From NCBI RefSeq assembly GCF_009914755.1, contig NC_060934.1: a DNA stretch of 64,000 bases; one strand, given 5' to 3'. The position numbers and the translations under genes are program-made. Positions within the stretch are counted from its first letter, which is position 1. The number at the start of each line of letters is the position of its first letter. The notes under the pieces are model-generated. The model was given only the letters and a program-made list of their open reading frames with translations, was not told where the DNA came from and ran no database searches. Below, in pieces: positions 60,200 through 64,000 of the stretch. This DNA is from the human T2T-CHM13v2.0 reference genome, Homo sapiens.

Positions 60200-60420
60200 T
60201 GCACATAACAATGCTTTCAGAACAACTTTCTTTATGACTATTCTCAACAGTTACCTAGTATTCCATTGTGTGGATATACATAATTTGTTTAACCAATCCC
60301 CTATATTTTAATATTACATTTCCAACTTTTCACTATGATAAAGAGCTCTGGGATGAATAATGACCTTGATTATTTCTTAAAATAAGCCCCTAAAAGTAGA
60401 ATTGCTGGGTCAAAGAGTGT
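60200..60420 (-). mobile_element. L1ME fragment
   Basis: 'tagtattccattgtgtggatatacataatttgtttaaccaatcccc', 'agtagaattgctgggtcaaag'. Confidence 0.7.
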
Positions 60421-63330
60421 GTGAGCATCTACGGTCTCACTCTTCAAAGCTACCCTCTAGACCCTTATCTTGAAGGCAGTAGTCATGAACTTTACTATTT
60501 AGGTAAGCTACTATGGACTTCTCAAGCAGAGCAATCTCCTAAAACAGGTGCCTTTGGCATCAGCAGCCAAAGCTCCAGACCTATCTTCAGGACCCATCAG
60601 ACACAGAAATCTGAGAAGCAGCAACTGCTCCAAGGGGCCTCTGTGCTCCTCCCAATGGCTCAACCTCCTCTTCTTGCTCAGTGGAAGACAGAAACACATT
60701 GTAGCATCATACGCACCTCCCCGCCTTTGCTTCCACTAAGTCAAATGGTCTTCCAGTGATGCCAGCGGTATCATTTTGTTTCCCATCCCACCCGTAAGAC
60801 ACAGAAACGTCAAGCCGCACAGAACTACAACAAGGCTGTCAGTGTGTGTCTGCCTCACCCCCTTTTACCTAGTCACTTCCCATTAGTTCCTCTAAAAAGA
60901 GAAAGATAGAAATATGAAGGAACTTTCCATGGCATAATTTTCACTTTTTATCCACTTTCATAAAAAATGGGCCTTTTAAATACCTTCCTGGTGAATTTAA
61001 TGAGAGTTTTAGATGCACTGTCCCCCAAAATACACTTAAATACATGGTGGCTTCAGGAAACCCATCCAGGGACCCCCAATAAGAACCTGTGGGCCACAGA
61101 TAGGGCCTTGAAACGAATGAGCAAAATGAGGCTTGAGAAACTCCTGAGAGCGTTCTCACAATCCTGCCTGTTTCTAAAATCAAAGGGAGAGGGAAAGCCG
61201 GCCATGCTGAGGCCCCTATGGAAACCTGGAACACTGCCCAGCCAACTGCTTGGAACTTTGTAGAGCCTTTCAAAGTAACTTAGTTGTCACTACATGGACC
61301 ACAGCAGTAAAGCAAATGTTAAATTACCAACCTTGTGAACAGGTGGCAGAGACATTCTGAGGCACAGGTGAGGTTTTGCCTCCTGACAACCCGACATGCT
61401 ATATATTTGCTTATTTGATTATTGTCGGTCTGACCCTTACCAAGAAAACTCCATACGAGCTGAGACTTTGCTTTGTTCACACCTGTATCCTGGCCTCGTT
61501 CAACGTCAAAGCTGCCAGTCTCCACAATTCTGAAGGCTCAGGCTAGAGATGGAGGCCATCTACAAAGGCTTCCACAAAAAGCAATGGCATACAGGGGACA
61601 TTCTGTGTACTTGGGTCTGGGGGTGTGTAGAGTGAACTAATAGCCAGGGGAATAATAGGGACAGGCTCTGGGATAAGATCAGGTAGAAACACAGAGGAAG
61701 GGACTATGCAGTCCACGTGGTGAAAATCTCGACAACACACGGCCAGAAAACTGGGTACAGATAGTGCCTGTGCAATAGCCCATCTCACTTATGGTCCATC
61801 TAGTCAAATGAATGGTCAACACGCCACCCAGGAGAGGAAAGGGAATCAACACGCACTCTCTCTTACAGGAAATCTCAGGGTCACCCTCTGCTGCCACATC
61901 CCAAGGCCACCTCAACAACTGCAGAATGCAACCCTGTACTACTGTGGACACACGCCAAGGGTCTTCACACCACGACACTTGTGACAGAGTGGTTATTATC
62001 CCCATTTCACATGAGAAAGCCACTGCCCCAAAAGGATTTAAACCCAAGCCCACTGTTCTTCGTCACTCCTCAGCTGGCTTTCAAAATCAGGGCCCCTGGG
62101 TCCTTGCCTTCCCAGTTCCTGTTATCTAGAAGACCCTGGGTGTCCTGACATCTTACAAATGGCTCAGAAATTGCATTACTACCTCACCAGTGTGCTTGGA
62201 CAGCCAGCAGCATCTTTCCTCACTGCCCTCACCTACTCTGCCTCTGTCTCAGATGACCAGGACAGCCTGACTTGGGCTGAAGGCCGTGGGTCCTCTATAC
62301 AGACTGTTTCTTTCACAATCCTCTTCTGGTCCCATGGCCTTTTCTCCAGCATCCCAAGCATCTCTGCTCTCCAGTCATCCTCCACCTGCCTGTGCACCTT
62401 CATCCCTGCCGCTGCCCCCTGCCTTTCCTCCACCCTTCCCTCTCCCCTCCTGGTTTCCTCAGGAGTAAAACATTCCTCTTCTCTGTTGGCCTCAGACACA
62501 CTGGCACCCCCCATCCCCTTTTCCAACTCCTGCCTAAACTGTCAGCCTGTGTCTGTTAGGGGGAAAGAAGCTGTGGGCAAAGCCTGCCTTCCCACCCTAT
62601 CTCCCTCCCAGTCCTGATTTCTCCTGCCTCTGCTGCTTTCACCCAGCCCCCTGCCAGTGGGGTGGGTACCACTTCAGCTAGCCCTCCCCACCACTTCCTT
62701 AGGAGATAGTTTTCTTGAGGTTTGTTCTCTACCATCCTGCCCCAGGGCTTTTTTCTTCAATCCCTCCATCTCCATCTGTGACTATTGGGAACTCCCTTCC
62801 AAATTTAAGCATCTTCCACCTGCCAAGCTTAGCTGAGGATCCTCCACCCCTTAACCTGAGATTTGTTATAACATCCCGTCTTCATGGATTCACATAGAAT
62901 ACCTGCATGAAACTTTTAGAAGACTGAACATCCACATTTTGCTCCCTTAATGGAGACAGCCTGCCAGAAGGAATATCCATTACAACCTGGGAAATGCAAA
63001 CAGCTTATTGCTATTTCTATAAAGTGGTCTGGACATGAAATTAAATAGGACTGGGGAAGGTAGTGCTGAAATCAGCTTCTTTTGTTAATGAATAATAAGC
63101 AGCTGGCGAAAAGGAGGAGTGGAGGGGAGAAAAAAGAAAACAAGGAACTGGAACCACTGAAAACACAAATGAAAGGGGAATTTCACACTTAGCCAAAAAT
63201 TCAGGGAAAATAAAATAAAACTTTGTTTTTAATAGAGTCTTTCTTTTAAAAGTTGATTTATCTTAAAGATAGAAAGTCGTTAATCTTCTCCAGGTTTTAC
63301 ATTCCTAGCAGACAGCTAACATTTAGCCAC

Positions 63331-63577
63331 TTTGTTGTTTGTTGTTGTTGTTGTTGTTCTGAGACAGAGCCTCGCTCTGTCGCCCAGGCTGGAGTGCAGT
63401 GGCGTGATCGCGGCTCACTGCAGCCTCTGCTTCGTGGATTCAAGCAATTCTCCTGCCTCGGGCTCCTGAGTAGCTAGGATTACAGGCGTGCGCCTCCATG
63501 CCAGGCTAATTCTTGTATTTTTAGTAGAGATGGGGTTTCACCATGCTGGCCAGGCTGATCTCGAATTCCTGACCTCA
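63331..63577 (-). mobile_element. AluS, 5'-truncated
   Basis: Alu stops at 'cctgacctca'; TSD tagccac; tail decayed to (GTT)n. Confidence 0.88.
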
Positions 63578-64000
63578 TAGCCACGTTTTTTAAAAACAAA
63601 GAAAGTAAACTCTTAAGTACTCTTGTAACTCCCCAAGTAGTTTTGAAGTGCAGTCCCAGCTCTGATTCTCCCTTTGGGGGCTGACCACTTATAGCACACA
63701 TCTTCCTAGGCTTGTCTCTGCTGTCAGGATTATGTCACTAAAAATGAAAACCTCATGTGGCTTTCAACCCTAAAACAAAAGAAAATAAAAACCAAAAAAA
63801 TGCCACTTCTGGCTCCATCTACACTGACCTATGGTATGGATTCCCTTCTGTGCACTCTGCTGACACAGGGAAACTGGGCAGGTGACCTCTGTCCAGTCAT
63901 CCCACCCCTGACCCAGGGAGGCTAGGTGTGCAGCTTTGATACTGTACTCACTACTTGGTGATGACATCATCTGTGGACATGTCTGTCTCCCCACTAATCC

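Noticed and set aside
62159-62617. 152-aa Ser-rich ORF and opposite-strand Glu-rich ORF
   Set aside because: Pyrimidine/purine-skewed composition; no domain or convincing splice context

Overview
Primate (very likely human) genomic DNA with no credible protein-coding gene in the window. Every ORF in the track is explained by repeats or chance. The window reads as long introns of a minus-strand gene. It holds one convincing 95-nt internal exon (40758-40852) with stops in all three frames, so it is 5'UTR or non-coding, plus two weaker cassette-exon candidates (54229-54381, 5855-5941). From recalled gene structure the host is tentatively SGMS1 (5'UTR exon 2); this is not verified. Most other sequence is interspersed repeat: Alus (including a consensus-like AluYa5), L1/HAL1, L2, MIR, MaLR/ERVL LTRs and Tigger/MER DNA transposons. 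There are also U2 and U7 snRNA retropseudogenes. The most notable observations are a degenerate ZBED/Ac-like hAT transposase fossil (~57.3-58.3 kb), an isolated 33-bp direct repeat bracketing a candidate exon, a (TG)28 microsatellite born inside an Alu target-site duplication, and a ~64-nt young L1 insertion. I found no evidence for a wholly new biological system. Repeat subfamily names come from recalled consensus motifs, and boundaries of old repeats are approximate.
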